From Thermoproteota archaeon (GTDB lineage: Archaea; Korarchaeota; Korarchaeia; Korarchaeales; Korarchaeaceae), in NCBI GenBank assembly GCA_027491395.1, contig JAOZFI010000043.1, forward strand, positions 32,001-96,000: a DNA stretch of 64,000 bases. The letters run 5' to 3'. A model generated the notes under the pieces. The model was not told where the DNA came from and did not search any database. It saw nothing but the letters and a program-made list of their open reading frames with translations. Made by a program: the position numbers and the translations under genes. Positions 18,647 to 28,488 of the stretch are shown here, piece by piece (within the stretch, counting starts at the first letter, position 1; the number at the start of each line of letters is the position of its first letter).

Positions 18647-19263
18647 CTTACCCTCTCGTAAACCCTCAGTATTCTCTCGAATGGCACATCTCCCTCCCTC
18701 ACTAGCACGGGTCTCTCACCCGTGAGGTCCACTACGGTGGATGGCCTGCTGGGTGGAAGAACGCCGTAGTCTAGGAGTAGATCAACCTCAATCTCCTCAG
18801 CTACCTCCCTAGGATCTCTCTTAGGGGGTGAGCCCGACCTGTTCGCGCTAGTGGCCGTTACGGCCCTACCGAAGGATCTAATGAGGCCACGAGTCATATC
18901 CAGATCCGGGATCCTCACGCCTATAGCCCTAGGATTCACAGAATCCAGGACCCTCTCGGTCTTGGGCAGTATGAAAGTCACCTTGCCCGGTAGGAAGTGC
19001 CTAATCAGCTCCCTGCTTACCTTGTTCAGCACGGCGTACCTCTCTAACATGTCAAAGTCGCTGACCGCTATAGTCAGGGGCTTGTCTCTCCCTCTACCCT
19101 TGACCTCGTACACCCTCAACACCGCCCTCTCATTCTCCGCATCTGCGCCCAGCCCATACACCGTGTCCGTGGGGTAGACCACTAGCCCTCCGGATCTCCA
19201 TACACCCACCACTTCACTGACACAGGCGTCATCGCACCCTCTCTTAACGTCCAGCCACCTCAC
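18643..19263 (-). CDS. tsaC: threonylcarbamoyl-AMP synthase (YrdC/TsaC domain only)
   Basis: PTDTVYGL, KGR, TSAN.SG, PSTVVD, REG; GTG start inferred. Confidence 0.92.
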   Translation of the reverse strand: MRWLDVKRGCDDACVSEVVGVWRSGGLVVYPTDTVYGLGADAENERAVLRVYEVKGRGRDKPLTIAVSDFDMLERYAVLNKVSRELIRHFLPGKVTFILPKTERVLDSVNPRAIGVRIPDLDMTRGLIRSFGRAVTATSANRSGSPPKRDPREVAEEIEVDLLLDYGVLPPSRPSTVVDLTGERPVLVREGDVPFERILRVYERVR

Positions 19264-19321
19264 AAAGCGAATGGGATGAAACGATTTAATAATCCTCCCG
19301 TGAGAGTTCCAGCGATAGGGC

Positions 19322-20236
19322 ATGGATGATGAGCAGCTTGAATCTTACTTGAAACTGGGTGAAGAGCACTCTTACATCCTAGAGCGTATGAGAAGAAAGA
19401 TCGAACCCGGTGCAAGCGTTCTGGATCTTGTTGAAGAATCCGAGAGACTGGTCAGGGAGAGGGGATACTCACTAGCCTTCCCCACCAACCTCTCCATAAA
19501 CGAGGTCGCAGCTCACTACACCCCCTTTCCAGGGGACGAACTGAGGATCCCAGAAACTGGCTTAATAAAGCTGGATATGGGCTCCCACCTGGGAGGGTGG
19601 ATAGTAGATGCCGCTAGATCCGTCGCTCTCGAAGAGAAATACGAGGAGATGGTTCAAGTTGCCAGAGAGGCCCTCGATAACGCGATAGATAGGATGATCC
19701 CGGGGAACAAGATAAGGGAGGTCAGCGAGGCGATATACGACACGATAGTGTCAGCAGGATACAAGCCCATACGCAACCTCACTGGCCATATGGTGAGGCC
19801 ATACGAACTCCACGCTGGCATCGAGGTTCCAAACGTCCCAACCGGGAGAAGCATGGGTTACAAGATCAAGGAGAAGGATATCTTCGCGATAGAGCCCTTC
19901 GTAACCCTCCCAGAGGCCAGAGGATATGTGGTTCCTTTGGGAGAGCCCCTAATATTCTCCTTAGGTAGGAAGAAGGGCAGAACCCGCGATGAGATTGAGA
20001 GGAGGATTCTCAAGATAGTGGAAAAGAATTACAAGAGGCTTCCCTTCTGTGAGAGATGGCTATTCAAGGAGATCGGCCACAGAGTTAATCATGCCCTGTC
20101 CAGACTGGTAGATAAGAGGATCCTCATACCCTACCCTCCCCTGATTGAGGTCTCGGGGATGATGGTCGCCCAATATGAGGACACGGTCCTCGTAACTGCA
20201 GATGGCCCCCTCAGGCTTACGGGGGAGAGGGGTTGA
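19322..20236 (+). CDS. map: methionine aminopeptidase type II
   Basis: AFP.NLSINE.AAHYTP, KLD.G.H, NLTGH, AIEPF, AQ.E.T. Confidence 0.95.
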   Translation: MDDEQLESYLKLGEEHSYILERMRRKIEPGASVLDLVEESERLVRERGYSLAFPTNLSINEVAAHYTPFPGDELRIPETGLIKLDMGSHLGGWIVDAARSVALEEKYEEMVQVAREALDNAIDRMIPGNKIREVSEAIYDTIVSAGYKPIRNLTGHMVRPYELHAGIEVPNVPTGRSMGYKIKEKDIFAIEPFVTLPEARGYVVPLGEPLIFSLGRKKGRTRDEIERRILKIVEKNYKRLPFCERWLFKEIGHRVNHALSRLVDKRILIPYPPLIEVSGMMVAQYEDTVLVTADGPLRLTGERG

Positions 20237-20640
20237 GGAGAAAGGCTAAGGGGACTAGAGCAGAGAGGGACCTCCTAGACAAGTTATGGAGGCAGGGAAT
20301 AGCGGCAGTGAGGATAGCAGGAAGCGGATCCACCAGTCATCCATCTAGCGATGTGATCGCTGGCTACAAGGGAAGAATAGCTGTCATCGAAGTTAAGACC
20401 ACATCTAAGGAGACCGTTTACATTCCCTCAGAAGAGGTGACCTCCATGAGGAGGCTGGCAGAGCTGCTTGGGGGGGAGTGCTGGTTCGCGGTGAAGTTCT
20501 CCTCAGATAGGGGTAAGTTCTACCTGCTGAAGATGGAGGATGCCAAGGAATTGAAATCAGGATCCATCGCTATAGACATAGGGACAGCGAGGTCCAAGGG
20601 GCTGTCCGTAGAGGATTTCGCCCAGGTGATCAAGGCTTGA
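20233..20640 (+). CDS. hjc: Holliday junction resolvase Hjc
   Basis: KG...ER.L, R.AGSG, DVIAG, IEVK. Confidence 0.9.
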   Translation: MRRKAKGTRAERDLLDKLWRQGIAAVRIAGSGSTSHPSSDVIAGYKGRIAVIEVKTTSKETVYIPSEEVTSMRRLAELLGGECWFAVKFSSDRGKFYLLKMEDAKELKSGSIAIDIGTARSKGLSVEDFAQVIKA

Positions 20641-21706
20641 ACCAAGACATCTTGTAGCTGACCACATGCTCTCCAGAAACTAGTGATACGATGAGGTCCT
20701 TTCTCACTGAAGTTGCAACCCTCCCAGACCTTATCAGATCAACAGGACGCACCTTATCTCCTACCGATCCAGCTACGCATAGGTAAGGTGCATGTTCGAG
20801 ACCAGGACCTCTCTCATATATCAGGAAGTCGGCTCCATACTTGGATCCAGCCTTGGGAACGTATCCCAAATCCCTCCAGTACCTGAACACCCTCTCCCTG
20901 ATCCTAGACCCCTCTCTCACCTCCGAAAAGATCCTTCTCAACTTGTCTAGGTCCAAGATCCTCCCATCGTAGGTCTCGACCCTCAGTTTGCCCTTGGAGG
21001 AGAGGTATATAGCTTCTATCAGAGGTAGCTGCAAGGGCTCTTCGTACTGCTTGAACGGTTCGGGCTTATCCACACCGAGAGGATGACCCCAAAACCCCTT
21101 AGCGTATAGATCTCCGGACCTCTCGTCGAACACTACAACCCTATCTCCCACTAGGGTACCTATAAGCTCCGGCAACTCTTCGACATCGTATCCGGTTCTC
21201 TTATCGGGCAAGAAGTTTTGGGCCCTGTAGTAGGTGACATTCATCTCGTCATCCACGACAGCCAATATAAGACCCTTCCTCAGCTTGGCCACCTTCTCAA
21301 CGGTGTCCAAGATGTACTTATGGGGTATGGGCTGGTCCTCGGAGAGAGGGAGGATTAGATCCTTGGCAGCAGCCTCTCCCACTCTAGCCCCCTTCGGATA
21401 GAGCCTGAGAAAGTCGGTTGATCTCTCGTACACGACGAGCCTTTCCCTTCTCCTGAGATCACTGAACACTACATACTTCAAGAAGGCCCTAGGATCGCTC
21501 ACAAAGAGTCTCATAAGATCCCGCAGCCCGACTTCACCGCTCTCGCCGAGAACCCTCAACCTCCCCCTCCAAACTAGGAATGCGGCCTCAAGCGGGTGGA
21601 GCTCTAGCTCACTACCGACGATCTCACCGTATCCTTGCTTATAGAGTCTGTCGACCTGCTCTGACACGTAGATCATCCCTTCCTTGAGCCTTCCCTCCAC
21701 AGACAT
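20630..21706 (-). CDS. endA: tRNA splicing endonuclease, two-unit (alpha2-type)
   Basis: Duplicated EndA units; catalytic unit with KYGADFL.Y, H (EHAPY) and R.A.SVRK. Confidence 0.92.
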   Translation of the reverse strand: MSVEGRLKEGMIYVSEQVDRLYKQGYGEIVGSELELHPLEAAFLVWRGRLRVLGESGEVGLRDLMRLFVSDPRAFLKYVVFSDLRRRERLVVYERSTDFLRLYPKGARVGEAAAKDLILPLSEDQPIPHKYILDTVEKVAKLRKGLILAVVDDEMNVTYYRAQNFLPDKRTGYDVEELPELIGTLVGDRVVVFDERSGDLYAKGFWGHPLGVDKPEPFKQYEEPLQLPLIEAIYLSSKGKLRVETYDGRILDLDKLRRIFSEVREGSRIRERVFRYWRDLGYVPKAGSKYGADFLIYERGPGLEHAPYLCVAGSVGDKVRPVDLIRSGRVATSVRKDLIVSLVSGEHVVSYKMSWFKP

Positions 21707-21717
21707 TCCCGCATCCC

Positions 21718-22653
21718 TCAGGAAACCAATCTATTATCCAATCCCTCGAATAAGGAGTTCAGCACATTCTTGGCTAAGTCGATCCCGATCTCGGGATCAT
21801 CCCCCTTTCTCACATGTTCCACGAAGTACGCGAGTTCTCCCTGTAGGGGCTCCTTCCTCCTTATCCTAGGCTGCTCTATCCTGTCTGATGACTCTATCCT
21901 CACCGTTTGATCAGGGTAGTTCACAATGAGACTGCCCTCGTCACCCATTATCAGGGCCTCCCTGATCCCCGATGGCGTGAGCCAATTCGTTTCAATGGTG
22001 GAAACTATCCCACTTGGGAATCTAGCGAGGAATATCGCGAGGTCCTCCCCTCCCTCACCGTCCAGCAGCTTAGCCGTGTAGGAGGACACACTTGAGGGTG
22101 CCTCTCCCACTATGTGGTGCTGCACATACATCTCATGTATAGCTAAGTCCAAGGAGACACCTATCTTCCAGCCAATACTCTTCTTAGGGAGCCTTCCTAC
22201 TCTCCTAGACCATATAGACAACAATTTGCCTATCTTCTCATCATCTAGAAGCGATTTGGCCATGGACACGGCCGGGTTGAAGAGCTCTATGAATCCAGGC
22301 ATGAATACACCATCGGCCCTCTTAACGAGGGATTCCAAATTCGAGAGCTCTTCCCTACTGGTAACTACCGGTTTTTCGACGAGTACGGATGCCTCTGCCT
22401 CTAAAGCCTCCTTTGTGTCTCGAAAGAGGTACTGCGGAGTGACAGCTATGCTTACAGCATCCAAAGACTCCCTCCTGATCATCTCCTCTATCGATGTGTA
22501 ATGGTTCACATGGTAAATCTCCGCCAACCTCTTGGCGTTTTCCTCAACGATATCCATGACGGCAACGAGCTGAGCCTCGCCTATGGTCCTGTACACTCTA
22601 GCGTGAGCGGATCCGAACCACCCGCACCCCACTACACCGACTCTGACGGGCAA
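21718..22653 (-). CDS. Gfo/Idh/MocA family oxidoreductase
   Basis: GCGWFG, EKP, DLAIH. Confidence 0.88.
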   Translation of the reverse strand: MPVRVGVVGCGWFGSAHARVYRTIGEAQLVAVMDIVEENAKRLAEIYHVNHYTSIEEMIRRESLDAVSIAVTPQYLFRDTKEALEAEASVLVEKPVVTSREELSNLESLVKRADGVFMPGFIELFNPAVSMAKSLLDDEKIGKLLSIWSRRVGRLPKKSIGWKIGVSLDLAIHEMYVQHHIVGEAPSSVSSYTAKLLDGEGGEDLAIFLARFPSGIVSTIETNWLTPSGIREALIMGDEGSLIVNYPDQTVRIESSDRIEQPRIRRKEPLQGELAYFVEHVRKGDDPEIGIDLAKNVLNSLFEGLDNRLVS

Positions 22654-22708
22654 ATCCGATCCCGATAGGTATATTTCTTAGCCCATAAAAAGGGACCGGT
22701 GTAGGTCC

Positions 22709-23566
22709 ATGGGGGGCGGCAACATCGGGGGCTACTTGAGGCTCTTCCGTCCCAAGAACGCCCTAATGTCCGTATTGGGAGTTCTTGTCGGCTGGGTGAA
22801 CGTATCTGCCTCCCTTGGGCTCATTCCGAATCTGATCTTGGCTTGCGCTGTGCCGCCCCTCATCCTGATGGCCGGTAATGCGGTGAACGACTACTTTGAC
22901 GCTCCCATAGACAGGGTGAATAAACCAGACAGACCAATACCATCTGGGGAGGTCCCCCCTAGGGAAGCGATGACTTCCTATATCGTCTTGTCCCTCATAG
23001 GGGTTGCCTTGAGCATTCCCTTAGGTGTGGAAGAATTCATCTTAGCTTCTCTTTTCGCCCTCTCTTGGTACCTCTACGCCCGATGGATCAAAGCGATGGG
23101 ATTAGTGGGCAACATCCTAGTCAGCTTGGGGGTAGCATTTACTCTTATATTTGGAGCCTTGGCGGCTGACGGACTCAATGGAAAGGTGATCCTATTCTCC
23201 ACGATAGCCTTCACATCCAACTTAGCTAGGGAGGTAGTTAAAACCGTGGAGGACTTAAAGGGAGATTCACTCTATGGTTTAAGGACGGTGGCAGTGGTGA
23301 TGGGCCCCAAGAGGGCAGGCGCTTACGCCTCCCTGATGATCATTGTGGCCTCTGTCCTCACAATTTTACCTCCTCTAGCTGGCTTGACGGGCCCGGTATA
23401 CTTTCTCCTCTCAGTGATTCTCTCCCTTCCCCTATTACTCTACTCCGCTAGGGAATCGCTCAAAATAGATGAGATTAAGGCTAAGAGACTGAGCAGCACG
23501 CTGAAACTCTCCATGTTCCTCGGAATAATGGGGATGCTACTGGATCCTCTCATCCGATTAACCTGA
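22709..23566 (+). CDS. digeranylgeranylglyceryl phosphate synthase (UbiA family)
   Basis: GNAVNDYFD..ID.VNKP.RPIPSG and REVVK..ED..GD motifs; multi-TM. Confidence 0.88.
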   Translation: MGGGNIGGYLRLFRPKNALMSVLGVLVGWVNVSASLGLIPNLILACAVPPLILMAGNAVNDYFDAPIDRVNKPDRPIPSGEVPPREAMTSYIVLSLIGVALSIPLGVEEFILASLFALSWYLYARWIKAMGLVGNILVSLGVAFTLIFGALAADGLNGKVILFSTIAFTSNLAREVVKTVEDLKGDSLYGLRTVAVVMGPKRAGAYASLMIIVASVLTILPPLAGLTGPVYFLLSVILSLPLLLYSARESLKIDEIKAKRLSSTLKLSMFLGIMGMLLDPLIRLT

Positions 23567-24347
23567 GTAGGCTCCTCCTCTCTAGGACGCCGATCACCTT
23601 ATCGTCTTCGTTGACCACGGGAAGGGCTGGTAGGCCAGATTCTAGGAAGAGGTCTCTGGCCTTATTCACTGGGACGAACCCTCTGAGCCTCCTCGGGGCC
23701 TCCACCATCACATCCTCCACCAAGATCTTCCTGACCACGTTGTCCATGCGTATGGGATCCACATTTTCCCTAACGCCTAGGAAAGCCCTTGCCAGATTCC
23801 TCTCCGTAACTATGCCTATGAGCTTGCCTCCCTCCACCACAGGGAGTATCCTAGCGCCTCTCTCAAGCATCACGTTCCTCGCATGGACTATTCTCTCATT
23901 GGGCATTATCCTCGGGTGATCCTCCTTCACTAAGGCCTCAATGTCGCCATCATAATCGAGGGACTTCACTAAGTCCGTCTCGGTAATTATACCTACTAAC
24001 CTATCTCCTTCCACTACTGGGAGCGATCCGATCCCATTCTCGAGCATGATAGAAACTGCCTCCTTTATGGACATTCTGGGACCGATAGTAACTGGAGGCT
24101 CTGTCATCAGGGCGCTGACGTATATCCTCCTAGCCGGTATCCTCTCGAACCTAGACGAGCCTAGGCCCTCCATTATGTCCCTTATGCTGAGCACACCGAC
24201 GACCCTATCTCCGGAGGTGACTACCAAGTGGTTCACGTCGTTCCTCTCCATGAGGTCCAATGCGACCTCTACAGTTTCTCCCTTATCGATCGTGATGACC
24301 GAGGTCCTCATTATGCTAGAAACATCATTCTTAGGCATTTGCCACAC
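23550..24347 (-). CDS. CBS-domain protein (4 CBS)
   Basis: Repeated LPVV...VGIITE.D motifs. Confidence 0.9.
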   Translation of the reverse strand: MWQMPKNDVSSIMRTSVITIDKGETVEVALDLMERNDVNHLVVTSGDRVVGVLSIRDIMEGLGSSRFERIPARRIYVSALMTEPPVTIGPRMSIKEAVSIMLENGIGSLPVVEGDRLVGIITETDLVKSLDYDGDIEALVKEDHPRIMPNERIVHARNVMLERGARILPVVEGGKLIGIVTERNLARAFLGVRENVDPIRMDNVVRKILVEDVMVEAPRRLRGFVPVNKARDLFLESGLPALPVVNEDDKVIGVLERRSLLRLIG

Positions 24348-25149
24348 CTCTCACTAGGGCCTTCTTATCGACCACACCCACCAACTCATCGCCATCGAAG
24401 ACGGGGATTGCACTCACCCCCCACTCGATCATGTACCTAGCAGCCTTGGCTGCATCTTCCTCAGGATTGAGCCTTATCTCTATCTCCTTCATTATGTGCC
24501 TGGCGGTCTTCACCCGGACGTCCACACTGATCCTTCCGGTCCTCGATGGGATGAGAACGTACTTCTTAGCGAGATTGGGTTCCCACAGGGCTATATCTCC
24601 CTCGGTTATCATGCCCAAGTAGTTGCCCTCCGATCCAACTATCAGTACCCTGCTACCGTTGGCTATCAGCTTGGCCACCTTCTTTAGGTTGGTATTCGGG
24701 GGAATCACCTGATATTTCTCATCCATAAGATCCTTTATCTTGTAGGAGCCCCTCATACTCTCGGCGAAGAACCTAGAGATATCTGTCTCCGTCAGTATGC
24801 CCACTAGGGAAGAGTCCTTCACCACTGGAAGGCCCCCTATGCCCTTCTCGCTCATAACCTTGGAGGCGGTCCTGACGAGCTCATCGGGCCCTATTGTTAC
24901 GGGATTCCTCGTCATGAACCTGTCGATCAGGGAGTTCTCTGGATTCCTCCATCTCCAAGGCGCACCCCTCCTAGCTAGGGCCTTGGCGATGTCCGTCGCG
25001 GTAATTATCCCAACTACGTTATTTCCCTCCACAACCACCAATCGCCTTATCTTCCTCTCTAACATGAGGTTCCGGGCCCTACCGAGGGTATCTCGGGGGG
25101 TCACGGTGACGACTCTATCGGTCATATAATCCTTTACCTTAGCCATCAA
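24331..25149 (-). CDS. CBS-domain protein (4 CBS)
   Basis: Repeated CBS motifs. Confidence 0.9.
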   Translation of the reverse strand: MMAKVKDYMTDRVVTVTPRDTLGRARNLMLERKIRRLVVVEGNNVVGIITATDIAKALARRGAPWRWRNPENSLIDRFMTRNPVTIGPDELVRTASKVMSEKGIGGLPVVKDSSLVGILTETDISRFFAESMRGSYKIKDLMDEKYQVIPPNTNLKKVAKLIANGSRVLIVGSEGNYLGMITEGDIALWEPNLAKKYVLIPSRTGRISVDVRVKTARHIMKEIEIRLNPEEDAAKAARYMIEWGVSAIPVFDGDELVGVVDKKALVRGVANA

Positions 25150-25164
25150 AATCGGGTACCCCCT

Positions 25165-25662
25165 TTATACTAGGCTCCAACCCTTCTTAGACTTAGCTAG
25201 CCTCAACCTCTCGGACAAGATGAACCATATGTGCGGAGCCACCTTCAGTATGTCGCGGGAGGAGATTATCCCAACTACCTTCTTGTTGGAGTTCACCACT
25301 ATCAGCCTTCTGACGTTGTGCTCCACCATGATCCTCGCTGCCTCATCGATATCTATGTTGTCCCTTACTATGACAGGCTCCTTGGTCATGACTTCCTCTA
25401 CCTTAACCTCTTCAGGTCTCCTTCCATCCTTCTTAGCTATGTACCGGGAGATCAGGTCCCTCTCCGTGACTATCCCCCTCAAGACCCCTTTCTCCATCAC
25501 GACCACGGAGCCTATGTTATGCTCGCTCATGAGCTGCGCTACCTTGAAGACCGTATCCTGAGGGGTCACGGTGATCAGGTTCCTGTTCATTATCTCGGAT
25601 ACCTTAAGCCTGAACTTGGGTTCATCACCTTTCTCGGGGAGCAGAGACCACATAACTATCAC
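25165..25662 (-). CDS. CBS-domain protein (2 CBS)
   Basis: GIVTERD and GIISSRD CBS pair. Confidence 0.9.
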   Translation of the reverse strand: MIVMWSLLPEKGDEPKFRLKVSEIMNRNLITVTPQDTVFKVAQLMSEHNIGSVVVMEKGVLRGIVTERDLISRYIAKKDGRRPEEVKVEEVMTKEPVIVRDNIDIDEAARIMVEHNVRRLIVVNSNKKVVGIISSRDILKVAPHIWFILSERLRLAKSKKGWSLV

Positions 25663-27560
25663 TCCACTATCGTAACTTTCCCGGGGGGCAACGCCCTCAC
25701 TATATCATCCACACTCACTTCCACAGGCTCCGCCGGGGGTTCTGAGTCCCCACGTATTTTAATGTTTTCTTGCAGCCAACCCTCCAGCACATTCTTTAAC
25801 ACTTTTGCGGCCTCTTCCTTGCCAGTGGATCCAGGTCTAAGGCATACAGAGTAGAGGAGGGGGGCTCCCGGGGGCGCTGCAGTCAATTTGATCCCGTCAG
25901 GGGTCTTCTGAAAGCCCACGCAGATCTCGAGCCTCACCCGCAAGTAATTCCTCCTACCAGTTATGTAAAAGCTCCCCTTAGGGAGATACAGTCCGGAGGG
26001 CGCATGTTTCGAGACTTGGGATCCCTTGACGTAGTAAACATCCACCGAGGTCAGACCCTCTCTCCATGCTCTAGAAAACACCCCAGCTGCAGTGGCCGCT
26101 TGATTCACTGATGCTTCATCCGGCTCCCTCCCATCCAGCTTGAGTACCACCACTGAGCCCCCCGGCATGTCAACGTGGAAGAACAGGTCGTTCTCGTCCA
26201 AGTACTTGGACACTATCTCGGCGTTGGTTTGGGCATCCCTCCCCCCTATCACTAGGAAGCCCCCCGATGTATAGAACCACCTGAATCTCTCGTACCATCG
26301 GAGCTTCCGTCTCTTAGTTGGGACTTTTTTGGAAGCCCTCTCCTTGGCTTCAGTCCTGAGCCTGTTAAGCTTCTCCTTCAAGGACAAAATGGCCGTATCG
26401 ATCCTTTCATGCTTCTCCCTATACTTCTTCGCCCTGTTATAGTACTCGGAAGCGTTTTCAGTGGCCGATTTGAGCATGTCTAGCTCGATCTCTCGACCAT
26501 CCAGATTCAACACGACCTTGCCGGACTTTCTGTCAACTGAAACTATGGGAGGAGGCGAAATCCCCTTCCTAGCCTTCTTCAGCGCCTCATCCACCTCGGT
26601 CAAGTGGAGATATATGAGATCGCCCATAGACCTGTATTCCTCCGCCTTTTCCGCATACTCCTTCTTCAGCTCTTCCTGCCTTTGAATCTCAACCTCCAAA
26701 GATCTTATCTTCTGGTCTTCCTCATATTCAGGCCTTTCAGCGGTATAATAGAGCTGAATCGCTCTAGATAGACTGTGTATGGACCTCCTCTCCATCTGGA
26801 GGTGATGTAGTGGGAAGGCCGAGAAGTTCACCACTTCACTGTCCTGAACGTAAATCATGGGTTCCGTCTCCCTATTGAGGAACGAATGGATCAGATCGGC
26901 CAGCTCAGCGATAAGAGCCTCGATCTCGGGTAGAGGTGACTTCAGATCCACACCCATCAGGTGAGAGATCTCGTCCATGTAAGGGGGGCCCACCCCGAAG
27001 GACCCTATAAGTACCTTCCACAGGGGCAGTCTCTCCTTTACACCCTTCCTGAGGAGCGTTAGTACGGCATCCCTGTCACTGGGATCCAGCTCAATCCCCG
27101 GACCAGCTGGTGGCCGGTAGATATCGCCAGGCCTGATAGATCTACCCCTAAACTCGACTCTCTTGAGGGGCAAGAGGATCTCACCCTCCTGAACAAGTAT
27201 GAGATTCCCTCCACCGAACAGCTCCACCACAAGCTGCATATCACCGAAAGATAAACGAAGGATTCTCTCGACTCCTACTTGGGATATCTCTGTGAATCTC
27301 CTACCCTCTAAGTGCTTTCTGAGGGCCATGATGAATGGGGGCGGGCTCCGAGGTTTCGGCCACTTGAGGTCTGTCAGAAAGATGAAACCGCTCAGGTCGA
27401 TCACGAGTTCCTTGCTCCCATCAACTTCCGGGTAGAAGAAGAGGGAAAAGACACCTTCATCCAACAGGTAAGCCTTCTTAAGTATCTTACCATCCAGTGA
27501 GAGCAGCTCTCTGACCAGATGCCTGAGATCCAGACCAGTAACCTTTCTCTTCCGTCCCAT
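25659..27560 (-). CDS. rqcH: ribosome quality-control protein Rqc2/RqcH (NFACT)
   Basis: F.M.LRKHL, ELFGGGN, WYERFRWF, GGRDA..N, SG.YLPKGSF.I.G.RNY. Confidence 0.93.
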   Translation of the reverse strand: MGRKRKVTGLDLRHLVRELLSLDGKILKKAYLLDEGVFSLFFYPEVDGSKELVIDLSGFIFLTDLKWPKPRSPPPFIMALRKHLEGRRFTEISQVGVERILRLSFGDMQLVVELFGGGNLILVQEGEILLPLKRVEFRGRSIRPGDIYRPPAGPGIELDPSDRDAVLTLLRKGVKERLPLWKVLIGSFGVGPPYMDEISHLMGVDLKSPLPEIEALIAELADLIHSFLNRETEPMIYVQDSEVVNFSAFPLHHLQMERRSIHSLSRAIQLYYTAERPEYEEDQKIRSLEVEIQRQEELKKEYAEKAEEYRSMGDLIYLHLTEVDEALKKARKGISPPPIVSVDRKSGKVVLNLDGREIELDMLKSATENASEYYNRAKKYREKHERIDTAILSLKEKLNRLRTEAKERASKKVPTKRRKLRWYERFRWFYTSGGFLVIGGRDAQTNAEIVSKYLDENDLFFHVDMPGGSVVVLKLDGREPDEASVNQAATAAGVFSRAWREGLTSVDVYYVKGSQVSKHAPSGLYLPKGSFYITGRRNYLRVRLEICVGFQKTPDGIKLTAAPPGAPLLYSVCLRPGSTGKEEAAKVLKNVLEGWLQENIKIRGDSEPPAEPVEVSVDDIVRALPPGKVTIVE

Positions 27561-27584
27561 ACAGCCTTTCTCAGGCCAGCTCTC

Positions 27585-27592
27585 TTTATATA
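27585..27592. promoter_or_regulatory. putative bidirectional TATA box (rqcH / EMC6-like gene)
   Basis: TTTATATA lies midway in a 51-bp divergent gap. Confidence 0.5.
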
Positions 27593-27611
27593 TTCAATTG
27601 GTTACTGGGGC

Positions 27612-28484
27612 ATGATGAAGCCAAAGCACAAAGTCTATTACCTCAGGGTAGCCCTATTATCCCTAGTTGGGCTAGTGAGCGGTATCGCTGGACTCACTCC
27701 GATGGAGGGGCTGAGCCTCTTCTTGCTTGCTTACTTCCTCGTTACACCCCTATCCCTCAAACTCTGGGGGGACGAACTGAAGGACCTTGGGCTGATGAAA
27801 CTATACAGAGAGGCCTTGGGATCATCGTTCCTGGCTCTCCTCCTGATTTGGACCCTAGTCATTAATCTGATGGGTCCGGGAGTCCCCATCTACGTGGTGA
27901 GGGCATCTCAGGGTGGTATATATCCCATACAGACGATAGATGGTCGGATCGTTGGTCCCGGCGAGAGACCCCTAGCCGGATACAATGCCGTCTATCTGAA
28001 GCTCACGGACCACAACATAGAGGACATATACATCGGTTCTTACGCCAAAAAGGGAGACCTAACGAAGGTCATACTAGGTCGCACAGAGGTAACCCTGTCT
28101 AAAGGAGAGATACACATCTCCGGCGTCTACAACTTGTCGATCGGGTCAGACTATAAGAGGATGAGCAAGCTATTGGGGAACATAACAATATTCGTGAACG
28201 GGACCCTCGTCATAAATGGGACTATGAAGCTCAATCCCGGTGAGACCAAAGAGTTTACCTACAACTCCACCATGATGGAGGTGTCCCATACCGCTCCCGG
28301 CGTCCTCGACGTAGAGATAGACTCAACGAGGGGCAGGATTACCGAGTACCCCGTTTCAGTCTTCATAAGCTCAATAGAGGAGAAGGAAGGCTATATCTTC
28401 GTTTTTGATTCAGTTAAACCGTTTTGGAAGACTAGGACGGCTAGGGTAGATGACAGCTACGTTGTCGTCCTGCCCCCGGGGTGA
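27612..28484 (+). CDS. membrane protein: EMC6/Rab5ip-like 3-TM domain plus extracellular beta-rich domain
   Basis: YYLR....L.G..SGIAGLT...G...F ... WTL pattern; C-terminal domain has 5 N-x-S/T sequons. Confidence 0.6.
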   Translation: MMKPKHKVYYLRVALLSLVGLVSGIAGLTPMEGLSLFLLAYFLVTPLSLKLWGDELKDLGLMKLYREALGSSFLALLLIWTLVINLMGPGVPIYVVRASQGGIYPIQTIDGRIVGPGERPLAGYNAVYLKLTDHNIEDIYIGSYAKKGDLTKVILGRTEVTLSKGEIHISGVYNLSIGSDYKRMSKLLGNITIFVNGTLVINGTMKLNPGETKEFTYNSTMMEVSHTAPGVLDVEIDSTRGRITEYPVSVFISSIEEKEGYIFVFDSVKPFWKTRTARVDDSYVVVLPPG

Positions 28485-28488
28485 TATT

